64,000 bases of DNA from Thermoplasmata archaeon (lineage in GTDB: Archaea; Thermoplasmatota; Thermoplasmata; Lutacidiplasmatales; UBA184), in assembly GCA_052326445.1 (NCBI GenBank), contig JBKQNC010000014.1, positions 12,470 to 76,469 of the forward strand, read 5' to 3'. Made by a program: the position numbers and the translations under genes. Below the pieces are notes generated by a model that made no database searches, was not told the origin of the DNA, and was given only the letters and a program-made list of their open reading frames with translations. Each line of letters starts with the position of its first letter. Within the stretch, counting starts at the first letter, position 1. Shown in pieces: positions 1 through 10,414 of the stretch.

Positions 1-393
1 GAGGTTCGCACCGGGCGGAAGGTGGGACAGTTGTTCCGGTGTGTATCCGAGTTGGATTGCGACGGTCGGGTCTCCGCAACAGGAGGATGACGTGCTCCCC
101 CCGCAGCACGAAGAGTCCGCCCGAGCGGCCGGCTCGATGCCCTTCCCGGCGGCGATACCCCCGTAGCGCTCGCGTACCACGGCCCGCGTCTTCTCAGGTG
201 ATCCCGGCGCCCCTGGCGTTTGCTTCATTACGACTCCCTCCGCTACTTCAATAGTTGAAGTGATGATAAGGGACCGCTACGTACGGACATAGCATCGCAC
301 TGGGGGCTCGTCGCGCCGTCGTCGGCCGATGGCATCGGCCTCACTACGTCGGTAGGTCCGGCGACGGAGCCCGGTCGAAAGCGGCCGGGACGC

Positions 394-1758
394 TCAGGGC
401 GGGAGTTCCCTATCTGCCACGAACAGAGCCCGGTCGAGGACCTCGAGACCATGGTCGAGCTCTTCCCGGGTCACGATGAGCGGGGGGGCGATGACCAGAT
501 GGGAGACCCAAGCCACGCAGAAGACTCCTTCCTTCATCATCGCCGCTGCGACCTTCTCGGCGACGAGGGGCCGGCCCGCGAGCTTGTCCTCCTCGGAGTT
601 GAACGGCATTCGGGAGTCTCGGTCGCGGACGAGCTCGACCGCGGCGAAGAGCCCGAGGCCCCGGACGTCGCCCACCGAGGGGTGCCTTTCCTGGATCTCG
701 CGGAGGCGGGTGAGCAGGTACTCCCCGTCCCGGCGGGATTTCGCGAGGAGGTCGAGTCGCCGGTACTCCCCGATGGCGGCGACCGCGGGGGCGAGCGTGA
801 GGGGATGCGCTTCGTACGTGTGTCCGTGCGGGAAGTACCGGTCCCGGAACACCTCGTGCAGGCGGGTCGTCGTGGCTGTGAGCCCGAGGGGAATGAGGGC
901 GCCAGTGATCCCCTTCGCCGTCGTCAGAATATCCGGTTCGACGTTCCAGTGGTTCACGGCGAACCACTCCCCGACGCGTCCCCAGCCGCTCATCACTTCG
1001 TCGGCGATGAGCAGCACGTCGTGCTTCCGGGTGATCGCCCGGATCCTCGGCAGATACTCCGGCACCGGAACGATGACCCCGTTCGTCCCGACCACCGGCT
1101 CGACGATCATGGCCGCGACGTTCCCCTCCCGTTCGAGCTGGTAGTCCACGTATTCCGCACAGGCCACGTCGCAGCTGGGGTACGTGAGGCCGAACGGACA
1201 ACGGTAACAGTAGCAGTCCGGCGCGAACACCGTTCCCGGGACCGTCTGGAGTCCTTCGACCGGGCGCCGGCGGGGGTCCCCGGTCACTGAAATCGAAGCC
1301 GCGGTCGAACCGTGGTACGAACGGTACCGGGAGAGCACTTTGGTCCTACCGGTGGCGACCCGGGCGATCTTGAGCGCGGCCTCGTTGGCTTCCGTCCCCG
1401 ACGTGCTGAAGAAGAACTTGTCGAGTCCGTGGGGGAGCACCTCGAGCAGCGCCGAGCTAAGACGAGCCCGCGCTTCCGTCGCGAAGCTGGGGCCGGCATA
1501 CGCGAGCTGCTGGGCCTGGGCGACGATAGCTGCGACGACCGCGGGGTTGGAGTGCCCAAGGTTGGTGGCCATGAGCTGCGAGGAGAGGTCGAGGTAGGCG
1601 CGGCCCTTGTCGTCCCAGAAGGTCGAGCCGACGGCGCGGGTCACGACGAGCGGATTCCAGTCCCCCTGGCGACGCCAGGTGACGTAGTTGGTCTCCCGGA
1701 CGACCTTCCGGATCCCCTCCCCGTCGACCGGGGGTTCGCTCGTAGTTGGGTTGGTCAT
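394..1758 (-). CDS. Class III (PLP-dependent) aminotransferase, omega-amino acid/GABA aminotransferase-like
   Basis: ORF 394..2157 contains the class III AT signature region 'LIADEVMSGWGRVGEWFAVNHWNVEPDILTTAKG'. The first 133 codons are Arg/Ser-rich and look like a spurious extension. The internal start M134 (MTNPTTSEPP...) corresponds to CAT at 1756-1758. Confidence 0.8.
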   Translation of the reverse strand: MTNPTTSEPPVDGEGIRKVVRETNYVTWRRQGDWNPLVVTRAVGSTFWDDKGRAYLDLSSQLMATNLGHSNPAVVAAIVAQAQQLAYAGPSFATEARARLSSALLEVLPHGLDKFFFSTSGTEANEAALKIARVATGRTKVLSRYRSYHGSTAASISVTGDPRRRPVEGLQTVPGTVFAPDCYCYRCPFGLTYPSCDVACAEYVDYQLEREGNVAAMIVEPVVGTNGVIVPVPEYLPRIRAITRKHDVLLIADEVMSGWGRVGEWFAVNHWNVEPDILTTAKGITGALIPLGLTATTTRLHEVFRDRYFPHGHTYEAHPLTLAPAVAAIGEYRRLDLLAKSRRDGEYLLTRLREIQERHPSVGDVRGLGLFAAVELVRDRDSRMPFNSEEDKLAGRPLVAEKVAAAMMKEGVFCVAWVSHLVIAPPLIVTREELDHGLEVLDRALFVADRELPP

Positions 1759-1783
1759 GGCCCCCCGAGCTCCCGTCCCTTCT

Positions 1784-2680
1784 TTACCGTCCCGACGCCG
1801 GGCGCGCGCCGGCGAACAAACGGCGTGCGTTGTCCCCGAGGATGGCGGCCCGGGCCGGGGCAGGCAGGTCGAGCCCCTCGATGAGCGCGACCGCTGTGAC
1901 GAGCGATTCGAGCGGCCAATCGGACCCATAGAGGACGCGGTCGGCCGAACCGATCGTGTCGAGTGCCCCCTGGATGAGGCCCCGGGCCCGGACGACCATC
2001 CGGTCGAAGTACGGGGTGGTCGGATGGGCGAGCAGGCCGGACGTATCCGCATACACGTTCGGGTTCTTGTACACCAGCTCCGCCGCCTCCTCGAACCACG
2101 GGTTCCCGAAGTGGCAGAGGACGAAGCGGACGTCCCGGTACTGGACCGCGACCTCATCGACCTCGATCGGTCGCGCGAACTTGAGGAGCCCCTGCGGGGC
2201 GAGCGTGTCCCCCTGGTGGATCAGGACGGGGAGGTGTCTACGGGCGGCGTATTCGTAGACGGGCGCGAGCGCCGGGTCGTGGGGATAGAACGGATGGTAC
2301 CCGGGGAAGAGCTTGATGGCCGCGAGGTCCGGGACGGCGTCCCATCCGGCCACGACTGCTGCGACCCCGGCCCGTCCCCCGGGACCCGGGAAGATCGTCG
2401 CCACGGGGCGTAGTCGGCCTCCGCTCGCCCGGGCCTTTTCGACCGATTCCTGAAGGGATTGCTCCGGGGTAGGTCCCTCGAACGGGGGGATGGCGAGGCC
2501 GGACTCGATGCCGGCGGCGTCCATCTCCGCCAGCAGGCCCGGGACCGTGTAGTTCAGGTCCGCCCGGTAGCCTGTCCGGGCCAGGTCGGGCCACCATCGG
2601 GAGAGGTGCAGGTGGACGTCAAAGTACCGTTTCCCGTCCGTCACGGTTCCTCCCGGCAGCCTGAGTCGGTGGGGGTCCAT
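1784..2680 (-). CDS. Metal-dependent amidohydrolase (amidohydrolase-2 / TIM-barrel hydrolase family)
   Basis: ORF 1784..2803; N-terminus 'MDPHRLRLPGGTVTDGKRYFDVHLHL' is typical of amidohydrolase_2. Internal ATG at 2680 (CAT at 2678-2680). The upstream 41 codons are Arg/Gly-rich. Confidence 0.65.
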   Translation of the reverse strand: MDPHRLRLPGGTVTDGKRYFDVHLHLSRWWPDLARTGYRADLNYTVPGLLAEMDAAGIESGLAIPPFEGPTPEQSLQESVEKARASGGRLRPVATIFPGPGGRAGVAAVVAGWDAVPDLAAIKLFPGYHPFYPHDPALAPVYEYAARRHLPVLIHQGDTLAPQGLLKFARPIEVDEVAVQYRDVRFVLCHFGNPWFEEAAELVYKNPNVYADTSGLLAHPTTPYFDRMVVRARGLIQGALDTIGSADRVLYGSDWPLESLVTAVALIEGLDLPAPARAAILGDNARRLFAGARPASGR

Positions 2681-2742
2681 AACCCGTCCGGGCCCCCTCC
2701 GAGGCGTGATATGTCCCGAGGCGGTACTGGCTTTGGACCCCC

Positions 2743-4260
2743 ATGAGCGACCACTCGGAGAGCGGCAGCTACCTCGACGCGCCGCACATCGTCCATCCCC
2801 CACCCGGACCCCGCTCCCGCGAGCTGCTGGCCCAGCAGGCGAAGTGGGAGACGGACGCCGTCGCCTACTCGCACTACTTCCCGATGGCCGTCAAGTCCGC
2901 GCGCGGCGCGACGATCGAGGACGTGGATGGGAACAAGTACATCGACTGGGTCGCGGGGATCTCGGTCCTGAACCTCGGCCACCGCCACCCCCGCCTCGTC
3001 GCGGCGCTCGAGGCCCAGAGCCACACGGTCTGGCATGCGCTTGAACTCCCGACCGAGGCGCGCATCAACTTCCTGAAGGAGCTCGAGGCGTCGCTCCCGG
3101 GGACCCTGAAGAACCACGCCCGGATCTTCTTCACGGTCACCGGCGGGGATGCGATCGAGACCGCCGTCCAGCTCGCCGACTTCGCGACGCACCGCCACGG
3201 GACGCTCACCTTCTCAGGCGCCTACCACGGGGTTTCCGGCGGTGCCGTCCACCTGACGAGCGCCCGCCGGTACCACACCACCACCCCCTTCCCGGGAGGG
3301 GCCATCGTGCGCGTTCCCTATCCGGACCCCTACCGACCGGTGCTTGGCGCGGACGAGGGTGCTGCCGGAACGATCTCGTACCTCGAACACCTTGTCAGCG
3401 ACCCCTCGTCGGGCGTCGACGACGTCTCGGCGGTCCTGGTCGAGCCGATCCTGGGAGAGGGTGGCTATGTCGTCCCTCCCGACGACTTCCTCCCCTCCCT
3501 GCGGGAGTTCTGCGACCGCCACCACATCCTACTGATCGCGGACGAGGTCCAGACCGGGCTCGGCCGCACCGGGCGTATGTGGGCGGTGGAGCACTCGGGC
3601 GTGACCCCGGATATCCTCTGTATCGCGAAGACGATCGGCGGGGGCATCCCGATCTCGGTGGTCGCGTACCGGGACGACCTCGTCCCGGAGCTCCCGCGGG
3701 GCTTCCACCTCGGTACCTACCGGGGGAACCCGCTCGGGCTCGCCGTCGGCACCGAGGTGCTGAAGGTCCTCCGCGAGGGCGACCTGGTCGCCAAGACGGC
3801 CCACCGGGGGGCCGCCGTGATGGAGCGCTTCCGGAGCATGGGCAAGGAACATCCCTCGATCGGGGACGTGCGCGGGAAGGGGTTCATGATCGGTGTCGAG
3901 TTCGTCCAGGACCGAAAGACGAAGCTCGCGTGGGGCGAGCGCGCGAAGGCCCTTCGCAGCGCCCTCTTCGCCCGGGGTCTCCTCATGCACACGTCGGGCG
4001 CGTGGGACCAGGTCCTGCGCTTCATGTCCCCCCTCGTCATCGAGGACGAGCTGCTCGAGCGCGGGCTGATGACGTTCGAAGACGCGCTCGAGAGTCTCGA
4101 CGGCCAGGTCGCCGCTCCGGCCACCCACCGAGGCGGAGCGGCGATCCCCGCGAGCGTCTCCGGCTGGCATCCCTCCGCGACCCCCGACCCCATCCTGCCG
4201 GTGCCCCCTCCGGGACACGTACCCCACCACGTCACCGGATCGGACCCGGACGCCGAGTAG
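2743..4260 (+). CDS. Class III aminotransferase (4-aminobutyrate/acetylornithine aminotransferase-like)
   Basis: 505 aa; 'HILLIADEVQTGLGRTGRMWAVEHSGVTPDILCIAKTIGGG' PLP-lysine region; 'GISVLNLGHRHPRLVAALEAQ'. Confidence 0.8.
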   Translation: MSDHSESGSYLDAPHIVHPPPGPRSRELLAQQAKWETDAVAYSHYFPMAVKSARGATIEDVDGNKYIDWVAGISVLNLGHRHPRLVAALEAQSHTVWHALELPTEARINFLKELEASLPGTLKNHARIFFTVTGGDAIETAVQLADFATHRHGTLTFSGAYHGVSGGAVHLTSARRYHTTTPFPGGAIVRVPYPDPYRPVLGADEGAAGTISYLEHLVSDPSSGVDDVSAVLVEPILGEGGYVVPPDDFLPSLREFCDRHHILLIADEVQTGLGRTGRMWAVEHSGVTPDILCIAKTIGGGIPISVVAYRDDLVPELPRGFHLGTYRGNPLGLAVGTEVLKVLREGDLVAKTAHRGAAVMERFRSMGKEHPSIGDVRGKGFMIGVEFVQDRKTKLAWGERAKALRSALFARGLLMHTSGAWDQVLRFMSPLVIEDELLERGLMTFEDALESLDGQVAAPATHRGGAAIPASVSGWHPSATPDPILPVPPPGHVPHHVTGSDPDAE

Positions 4261-4266
4261 GCGGGC

Positions 4267-5751
4267 TCACCCGGGCGCGTAGTTTACCGAGATCAGCTTG
4301 ACCTCGGTCATCTCTTCCATCGCGTACCGGAGCCCTTCTCGGCCGAGGCCGCTCTCCTTGATGCCGCCGAACGGGAGCGCGTCCCAGCGGAGGTTGGTCG
4401 GGTCGTTGAGATGCACGCCGCCCGCCCGGATCCGCTTCGCGAGCGAGAATCCGAGGGCGATGTTGTTGGTGTAGACCGTCGCCTGGAGTCCGTAGGGCGT
4501 GTTGTTCGCGATCCGGACCGCGTCGTCGACGGTCGCAAAGCGGACGATCGGTGCCACGGGGCCGAACGGTTCCTCCTGCACGACCCGGGCGTCCTCCGGG
4601 ACCCCGTCGAGGACGGTCGGGAGGTAGAAGCTCCCCTCCGTCCGGTCCTTCGGTCGCTGGCCGCCGGCGAGGACCCGGGCGGAGCGTCCGCGAGCGTCCT
4701 GGACCAGCCCTTCGATCCGCTCGACCGACGCCTCGTCGATCAAGGGCCCGACCTGGGTCGACTCCTCCACCGCGGGCCCGACCTTCAGGTTCCGGGCGCG
4801 CTCCGCGAGCGTGGAGGCGAACCGGTCCGCGATCCCGTCGGCGACGAGGAACCGCTTCGACGCAGTGCAAACCTGACCGGAGTAGCCGAAGACGCCCCGG
4901 GTCGCGGCGTCGACGGTGGCGGCGAGGGGCGCGTCGTCGAGCACGATGAACGGGTCGAGGCCGCCCATCTCGAGGATGACCCGCTTCGCGTGGCGGCCGG
5001 CCCGCTCCGCGATCCCCTTGCCTACTTCCGTCGAGCCGGTGAAGGTGATGAGTCGGGTCCGCGGGTGCTCGATGAGCGCGCTGCCGACGGAGCTGCCGGG
5101 GCCGGTGACGAGGTTGAGGACGCCCGGCGGTAGCCCCGCCGCGGCGAGGTGCTCGGCGAGCCGGAGCGCGGTGAACGGCGCGGCGCTGGTCGGCTTCGCG
5201 ACGACCGGGTTCCCCGCGGCGAGCGCGGGAGCGATCTTGTGGGAGAGGAGGTTCAAGGGGAAGTTGAAGGGGCCGATCGCGACCACGACGCCGATCGGGT
5301 CCCGGACCGTGAAGAGGAAGCGGTGCTCGTTCCCCGCCGGCCGCTCGTACGCGTCGGCTGGGAAGCTCTCGCCCGTCAGCTGACGGATCTCCTCCGCGGC
5401 GAGCTGGAAGACCCCGACCGCGCGGTCGACCTCGATGCGCGCGTCAACGATCGGTTTGCCGACCTCGTGGGCGATGAGGAGGGCGAGCGTCTCCCGGTCG
5501 GCCGCCATGCGTTCGGCGGTCGCCCGGAGGATGCGGGCCCGGGCGTGGCCAGGGGTCGCGCCCCAGGTCCCCTCGCAGGCGGCCGCCGCGTCGACCGCGG
5601 ACCGGGCCTCGTCGGGGGAGGCGACGGGGGCTTGCCCGATCGCGCGACCGGTCGAGGGGTCGAGGACCGACACGTACTGGCCACCGGAGGGGGGTCCCCA
5701 GCGGCCTGCGATGAACAGAGCGCCCTTGCCGGACGCCGGAATCCCCTCCAT
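4267..5751 (-). CDS. NAD(P)+-dependent aldehyde dehydrogenase
   Basis: 494 aa; ALDH motifs 'FNFPLNLLSHKIAPALAAGNPVVAKP', 'LEMGGLDPFIV', 'FTGSTEVG'. Confidence 0.85.
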   Translation of the reverse strand: MEGIPASGKGALFIAGRWGPPSGGQYVSVLDPSTGRAIGQAPVASPDEARSAVDAAAACEGTWGATPGHARARILRATAERMAADRETLALLIAHEVGKPIVDARIEVDRAVGVFQLAAEEIRQLTGESFPADAYERPAGNEHRFLFTVRDPIGVVVAIGPFNFPLNLLSHKIAPALAAGNPVVAKPTSAAPFTALRLAEHLAAAGLPPGVLNLVTGPGSSVGSALIEHPRTRLITFTGSTEVGKGIAERAGRHAKRVILEMGGLDPFIVLDDAPLAATVDAATRGVFGYSGQVCTASKRFLVADGIADRFASTLAERARNLKVGPAVEESTQVGPLIDEASVERIEGLVQDARGRSARVLAGGQRPKDRTEGSFYLPTVLDGVPEDARVVQEEPFGPVAPIVRFATVDDAVRIANNTPYGLQATVYTNNIALGFSLAKRIRAGGVHLNDPTNLRWDALPFGGIKESGLGREGLRYAMEEMTEVKLISVNYAPG

Positions 5752-5761
5752 GACGGTCCGC

Positions 5762-7255
5762 CTAGGCCGGGTCCCCGTAGGTCGTGTAATGCCAGCCCTT
5801 GCGGACCTGACCGGTGAGGTCGATGTAGATGTTCTTCACCCAGGTGTAATCGTTGAGCGAGTCGGTCCCGAGGTCCTTGCCGAACCCGGACTGCTTGACT
5901 CCGCCGTGGGGGGTCTCGGAGCCGAGCGGCAGGTGGTCGTTGACCCAGACGTCCCCGAACCGGAGCGCGTTCGACGCCTTGATCCCCGTCCGGAGGTCGT
6001 TCGTCCAGACGCTCCCGGCGAGGCCGTACTCCACTCCGTTGGCGATCTCGATCGCCTCGTCGAACGTCGAGAATTCGATCACGTCCAGGACCGGGCCGAA
6101 GATCTCCTTCTGGGCGATCGCCATGTCGGGGGCGACCCCGTCGAACACGGTGGGCGCGACGAACGCCCCCTTCGGGAACTTCGCTGGACCGTTCCCCCCG
6201 CCCGCGACCATCTTCGCCCCTTCCGAGCGGCCGGTCTCGATGAACTTGAGCACGTTCTTCTGGTGGGTCGCGTGAACAAGGGGACCCAGGTCGGTCGAGC
6301 GGGAGAGCGGGTCGCCCATCCGGACCGTCTTCACCCTCTCGAGCAACAGACGGACGAACTTCGCGTGGACGTTCTTCTGGACGATGAGCCGCGTCGCGGC
6401 CGTGCAGTCCTGGCCCCCGTTGACGAACCCGCCGACCATCGCGCCCTCGACCGCGGCGGCGAGGTTCGCGTCCTCGAACACGATGAACGGGGCCTTCCCG
6501 CCGAGCTCGAGCTGGGTCCGCTTCACGGTCCCGCTCGCGGCCTCCATGATCTTCCGGCCCGTCGCCGTGTCACCCGTGAGGGAGACCAGGTCGACCTTCG
6601 GGTTCCGGGAGAGCTCGTCGCCCACCTCCCCGCCGGGCCCGAGGACCACGTTGAGGGCGCCAGCGGGGAGGCCGGCCTCCTGGAAGACCTTGGCGAGCTC
6701 GAGGCTCGTGAGCGGTGTCCAGCTCGCCGGCTTTAGGATGACCGTGTTGCCGGTGATGAGCGCGGGGGCGATCTTCCAGACCGCCATCATGATCGGATAA
6801 TTCCAGGGCGTGATCGAGGCGACCACGCCGACCGGCTCGCGGCGGAAGATCGTGGTCCCGTCGCCGGTGAACTCGCCCGGGCTACGGGCCTCGAGGGTGC
6901 GCCCGGCGCCGGCGTAGAAGACCAGGTTGTCGACCGAGAACGGCAGGTCGGCGTCCGCGGCCTGCTTGATCGTCTTCCCCTGGTTCCGGCTTTCGAGCTC
7001 CGCGACGGCGGGTAGACGACCCTGGAGGATCTGGGCGGCCTTCAGGAACACTTCGCCACGGGCGCGGGGGGGGAGCTTCGGCCAGGGGCCGCGGTCGAAG
7101 GCTTCCCGGGCCGCGTCGATCGCCCGACGGGCATCGTTCCGGCTGCCCTTGGGCACCGTCGCGATCGTCGATCCGTCGAACGGGCTCGTGACCGGGTACG
7201 TCGCCTCCTTCTCGGCGTGCACCCACTCTCCCCCGATCCACATCTTCCAGTCCAT
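5762..7255 (-). CDS. NAD(P)+-dependent aldehyde dehydrogenase
   Basis: 497 aa; 'ITPWNYPIMMAVWKIAPALITGNTVILKP', 'LELGGKAPFIVFEDANL', 'LTGDTATG'. Confidence 0.85.
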   Translation of the reverse strand: MDWKMWIGGEWVHAEKEATYPVTSPFDGSTIATVPKGSRNDARRAIDAAREAFDRGPWPKLPPRARGEVFLKAAQILQGRLPAVAELESRNQGKTIKQAADADLPFSVDNLVFYAGAGRTLEARSPGEFTGDGTTIFRREPVGVVASITPWNYPIMMAVWKIAPALITGNTVILKPASWTPLTSLELAKVFQEAGLPAGALNVVLGPGGEVGDELSRNPKVDLVSLTGDTATGRKIMEAASGTVKRTQLELGGKAPFIVFEDANLAAAVEGAMVGGFVNGGQDCTAATRLIVQKNVHAKFVRLLLERVKTVRMGDPLSRSTDLGPLVHATHQKNVLKFIETGRSEGAKMVAGGGNGPAKFPKGAFVAPTVFDGVAPDMAIAQKEIFGPVLDVIEFSTFDEAIEIANGVEYGLAGSVWTNDLRTGIKASNALRFGDVWVNDHLPLGSETPHGGVKQSGFGKDLGTDSLNDYTWVKNIYIDLTGQVRKGWHYTTYGDPA

Positions 7256-7393
7256 GGTCCGTCCCCGGCGGTCGGAGCCCGGTCGCCGCTAAAGATATTC
7301 CCGTGCCGCCGCCCGAGGGGACCCTCTTAGTGTTTTCGTGGGCTTTATCAAGGAGAGTGGCGTGGAGCCGTCAACCCCTAGGGGGAGTTTTTC
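7256..7393. promoter_or_regulatory. Divergent intergenic promoter region between ALDH (-) and the ABC substrate-binding protein (+)
   Basis: AT-richer stretches 'aaagatatt' and 'gctttatcaagg' lie about 30-40 bp upstream of the divergent start codons. Confidence 0.3.
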
Positions 7394-9304
7394 ATGGACC
7401 CTCGTCGGCGAAACATCATCATCGTCGCCATCGTGGTCATCTTGGTCGTGGCGGGGGTCGGGGCGTACTACGTCGTCCGTCACTCGCCGGCCGTCGCGAG
7501 CTGCAGCTCGAGCGAGACCGGAACGATCTGCATCGACCAGGCCGAGATCCCCGACTCCCTCGACCCGGCCGTGACGTTCTCGACCCCCGGCTGGGCGGCC
7601 GTCCAGCAGGTCTACCAGGGCCTGGTCAACTACAACGGTTCGAGTTCGACCGACTTCTCCGGGGTCCTCGCCAAGAATTGGTCCAACGTCTACAACCCCG
7701 TTACGGGATTCGAATCGTACGTGTTCGACCTCCGGTCGAACGTCAACTTCTCCAATGGCGACCCGTACAACGCCTACGTCCAGTGGTACAGCCTATACCG
7801 GAGCCTCTTGCTCGTCCAAGGTCCCCAGTTCATCCTGGAGCAGAACTTCTTCTCCACGAACTTCAGCACGACGTCCCCCCTGAGCTACTTCTCGTCGAAT
7901 GTGAGCTCGGCCGCGGCGAACACCACGCTGGTCGGGGACCTGAACAGCTGGAACTTTGACACCCCCACCGCGAGCGAGATCGCCCAGATGGAAGTGCCCG
8001 AACAGTCGTTCCAAGTGATCAACGCTTCCGCGATCGCGTTGAACCTGGGGTACGGCTATCTCGGCACCAACTACACCTATCTGCTCGCCTCGATCTCGGC
8101 CCCGAACTCCTACGCCGTCGACCCCACCTGGGTGGATGCGAACGGAGGCGTGCAGTTCGGAGCGGTCAACACCTACCTCGCGACCAACACGATGGGCACC
8201 GGGCCCTACCTCCTCCAGAACTACAACGGGGTCGGAGGTGGAGGCTACACCCTCACGCCCAATCCGAAGTACTGGGGCGCCCCCGCCGCCAAGGCCGAGC
8301 CATGGAACATCAACCTCCCTCCGGCGAACACTACGGTCGACGTCATCTTTCAGGACGCCATCGACATCACGACCAACGACCTCTTGACCGGCGCCGTCCA
8401 GGGGGCGTCGTTCGCCTACGTCGGACCGTCGACCATCCAGCAGCTCACCGGGCACTCGAACGTCGACGTACAGGCCCTCCCGACCGTCTACGGTGCGACC
8501 AGCGGCTCGTGGTGGATCTACCTGAATTCGAGCGTGGCTCCCTTCAACAACCTTTCGGTACGCGAGGCCATCACCCACGCGATCAACTACCAGCAGATCA
8601 TCACGCAGGCGTTCGGAGGCTACGCGCAGCAGTGGGTCGGCCCGGTGCCACCCGCCTACCCGTACAACAACAACGTGACCGCGAACGAGCCCTACTACCA
8701 GTACAACCTCGCGCTGGCGCAGTCGGAAATCGCGGATTCCCCCTGCGCGGCGGGAGCGTGTTCCGGGAACACGATCAATTACATGTACCTCAACACGGGG
8801 AACGATTGGGTCGAAACTGCCCAGTTCCTCGAGGCGGACCTGAAGGTGATCGGGATCACGATCAACCCGGTGGGGGTCAGCCTGGCCGCGCTCTACGAGG
8901 AGCAAGCCGTGGACACGGACGGGGCGTGCGTCTCGTCGACGAGCGCGAACGGCGGTCCGTTCTACATGGGTCAGGAGTTCTACACCTCCGACTACATCTC
9001 ACCGGACGACTGGACCCAGAACGACGCCTACTCCGCGGGGAGCGCCAATCTCTGCATGGCGGGATTTTCGAACGGGACGGTGGACACTGACACGTTCGCT
9101 GCGGCGGGGGATTCGAACCCGGCCGACCTCACGAGCTACTACACCAACATGACCCAGATCATGTACGACAACTACACCGACATCTGGCTGGTCGTCCCGA
9201 CCTCGTTCGCAGTGTACGCCTCGGACCTCCACGGGTTCGTCCAGAACCCGATGGCCAGCGCCGAACCGTTCGCGATCGGGTTCAACACGCAGTGGCTTAG
9301 CTAG
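7394..9304 (+). CDS. ABC transporter substrate-binding protein, family 5 (oligopeptide/dipeptide Opp/Dpp type), N-terminal TM anchor, many N-glycosylation sequons
   Basis: 636 aa; N-terminal hydrophobic helix 'IIIVAIVVILVVAGVGAYYVV'; family-5 SBP-like length and composition; numerous NxS/T sequons (NGSS, NWSN, NFSN, NTTL, NASA, NYTY...). Confidence 0.75.
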   Translation: MDPRRRNIIIVAIVVILVVAGVGAYYVVRHSPAVASCSSSETGTICIDQAEIPDSLDPAVTFSTPGWAAVQQVYQGLVNYNGSSSTDFSGVLAKNWSNVYNPVTGFESYVFDLRSNVNFSNGDPYNAYVQWYSLYRSLLLVQGPQFILEQNFFSTNFSTTSPLSYFSSNVSSAAANTTLVGDLNSWNFDTPTASEIAQMEVPEQSFQVINASAIALNLGYGYLGTNYTYLLASISAPNSYAVDPTWVDANGGVQFGAVNTYLATNTMGTGPYLLQNYNGVGGGGYTLTPNPKYWGAPAAKAEPWNINLPPANTTVDVIFQDAIDITTNDLLTGAVQGASFAYVGPSTIQQLTGHSNVDVQALPTVYGATSGSWWIYLNSSVAPFNNLSVREAITHAINYQQIITQAFGGYAQQWVGPVPPAYPYNNNVTANEPYYQYNLALAQSEIADSPCAAGACSGNTINYMYLNTGNDWVETAQFLEADLKVIGITINPVGVSLAALYEEQAVDTDGACVSSTSANGGPFYMGQEFYTSDYISPDDWTQNDAYSAGSANLCMAGFSNGTVDTDTFAAAGDSNPADLTSYYTNMTQIMYDNYTDIWLVVPTSFAVYASDLHGFVQNPMASAEPFAIGFNTQWLS

Positions 9305-10414
9305 TTAGCTAGGGGGCTTGGTCGTCGGCTCCGCCGCAACGAGGAACGACTCGGGGGGCACGTCCGCGACCTCCTCGGCGCGCCGGCAGGCGACCATCCG
9401 GTTCCCGGCCCCCGGGTGGATCATGAGCGGCTGGTCCTCGGTGCGGCACGAGTCCTGGACGAACGGGCAGCGCGGGGCGAACCGGCAGCCGGGCTCGGGG
9501 TCGATGAGCGAGGGGATGTCGCCCTCGATCCGGTAGCGCTTCTTCCGTCGCCCGGGGTCCGGCTGGGGGACCGCGGCGAGGAGCGCCTTCGTGTACGGAT
9601 GCACCGGGTGTTCGAGGAGCTCCCGAACCCCCCCGTACTCGACGACCTGACCCAGGTACATCACGGCCACGCGGTCGGCGGCGAACCGGACCGCGGCGAC
9701 GTTGTGGGTGATCAGGAGGTAGGCGACCTTCCGTTCCCGCTGCAGCTCGAGCAGGCGGTTGAGGATCTGGGCCTGGACGGCGACGTCGAGCGCGCTGGTC
9801 GGTTCGTCCAGCACGATCAGCCGCGGGTTGACGATGAGCGCCCGGGCCAGCGAGAGACGCTGGCGTCCGCCGCCGGAGAACTCGTGCGGGTACTGGTCGA
9901 GGCAATCGACCGGCAGCCCCACGGTCGGCAGCATCTCCTTCACCGTCTGCCGGACCGACGCGGAGGTCACCCGGGGAGGGAGCGGCGTCCCCGCGTGACG
10001 GGCGGACCGACGATCGTTGAAATTTTGCGCCCGGACCGGTTCTCCGACGATCTGCCATACCCGAAGTCGCGGGTCGAGGGAGCCGACCGGGTCCTGGAAA
10101 ACGACCTGCACGTGGCGGCGCCACGAGCGCAGCTCCTCGCCCCCGAGATGGGTGATGTCCTTTCCCTCGAACAGGATCGTCCCCTCGGTCGGTTCGTGCA
10201 GCCGGGAGACGAGCCAGCCGAGCGTGGTCTTCCCGGAGCCCGACTCGCCGATGAGACCGAGCGTCTCCCCCTCCCCGACCGAGATCGAGACCCCGTCGAC
10301 CGCATGGACGGAACGTCGGGCGGCCCCCCGAACCGTCTCGCTGATGCTCCGGGTCAGGGGAAAGAGCTTCTGGACGCCCACGACCTCGAGGAGCGGGGAC
10401 GCAGTGTCGGTCAT
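9305..10414 (-). CDS. ABC transporter ATP-binding protein (OppF/DppF-like)
   Basis: Walker A 'GESGSGKTT', signature 'FSGGGRQRLSLARAL', Walker B 'LIVLDEPTSALD'. Start chosen at M51 (MTDTASPLLEV...), which gives an ATGA overlap with the upstream ATPase gene. The Arg-rich upstream extension is probably spurious. Confidence 0.85.
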   Translation of the reverse strand: MTDTASPLLEVVGVQKLFPLTRSISETVRGAARRSVHAVDGVSISVGEGETLGLIGESGSGKTTLGWLVSRLHEPTEGTILFEGKDITHLGGEELRSWRRHVQVVFQDPVGSLDPRLRVWQIVGEPVRAQNFNDRRSARHAGTPLPPRVTSASVRQTVKEMLPTVGLPVDCLDQYPHEFSGGGRQRLSLARALIVNPRLIVLDEPTSALDVAVQAQILNRLLELQRERKVAYLLITHNVAAVRFAADRVAVMYLGQVVEYGGVRELLEHPVHPYTKALLAAVPQPDPGRRKKRYRIEGDIPSLIDPEPGCRFAPRCPFVQDSCRTEDQPLMIHPGAGNRMVACRRAEEVADVPPESFLVAAEPTTKPPS

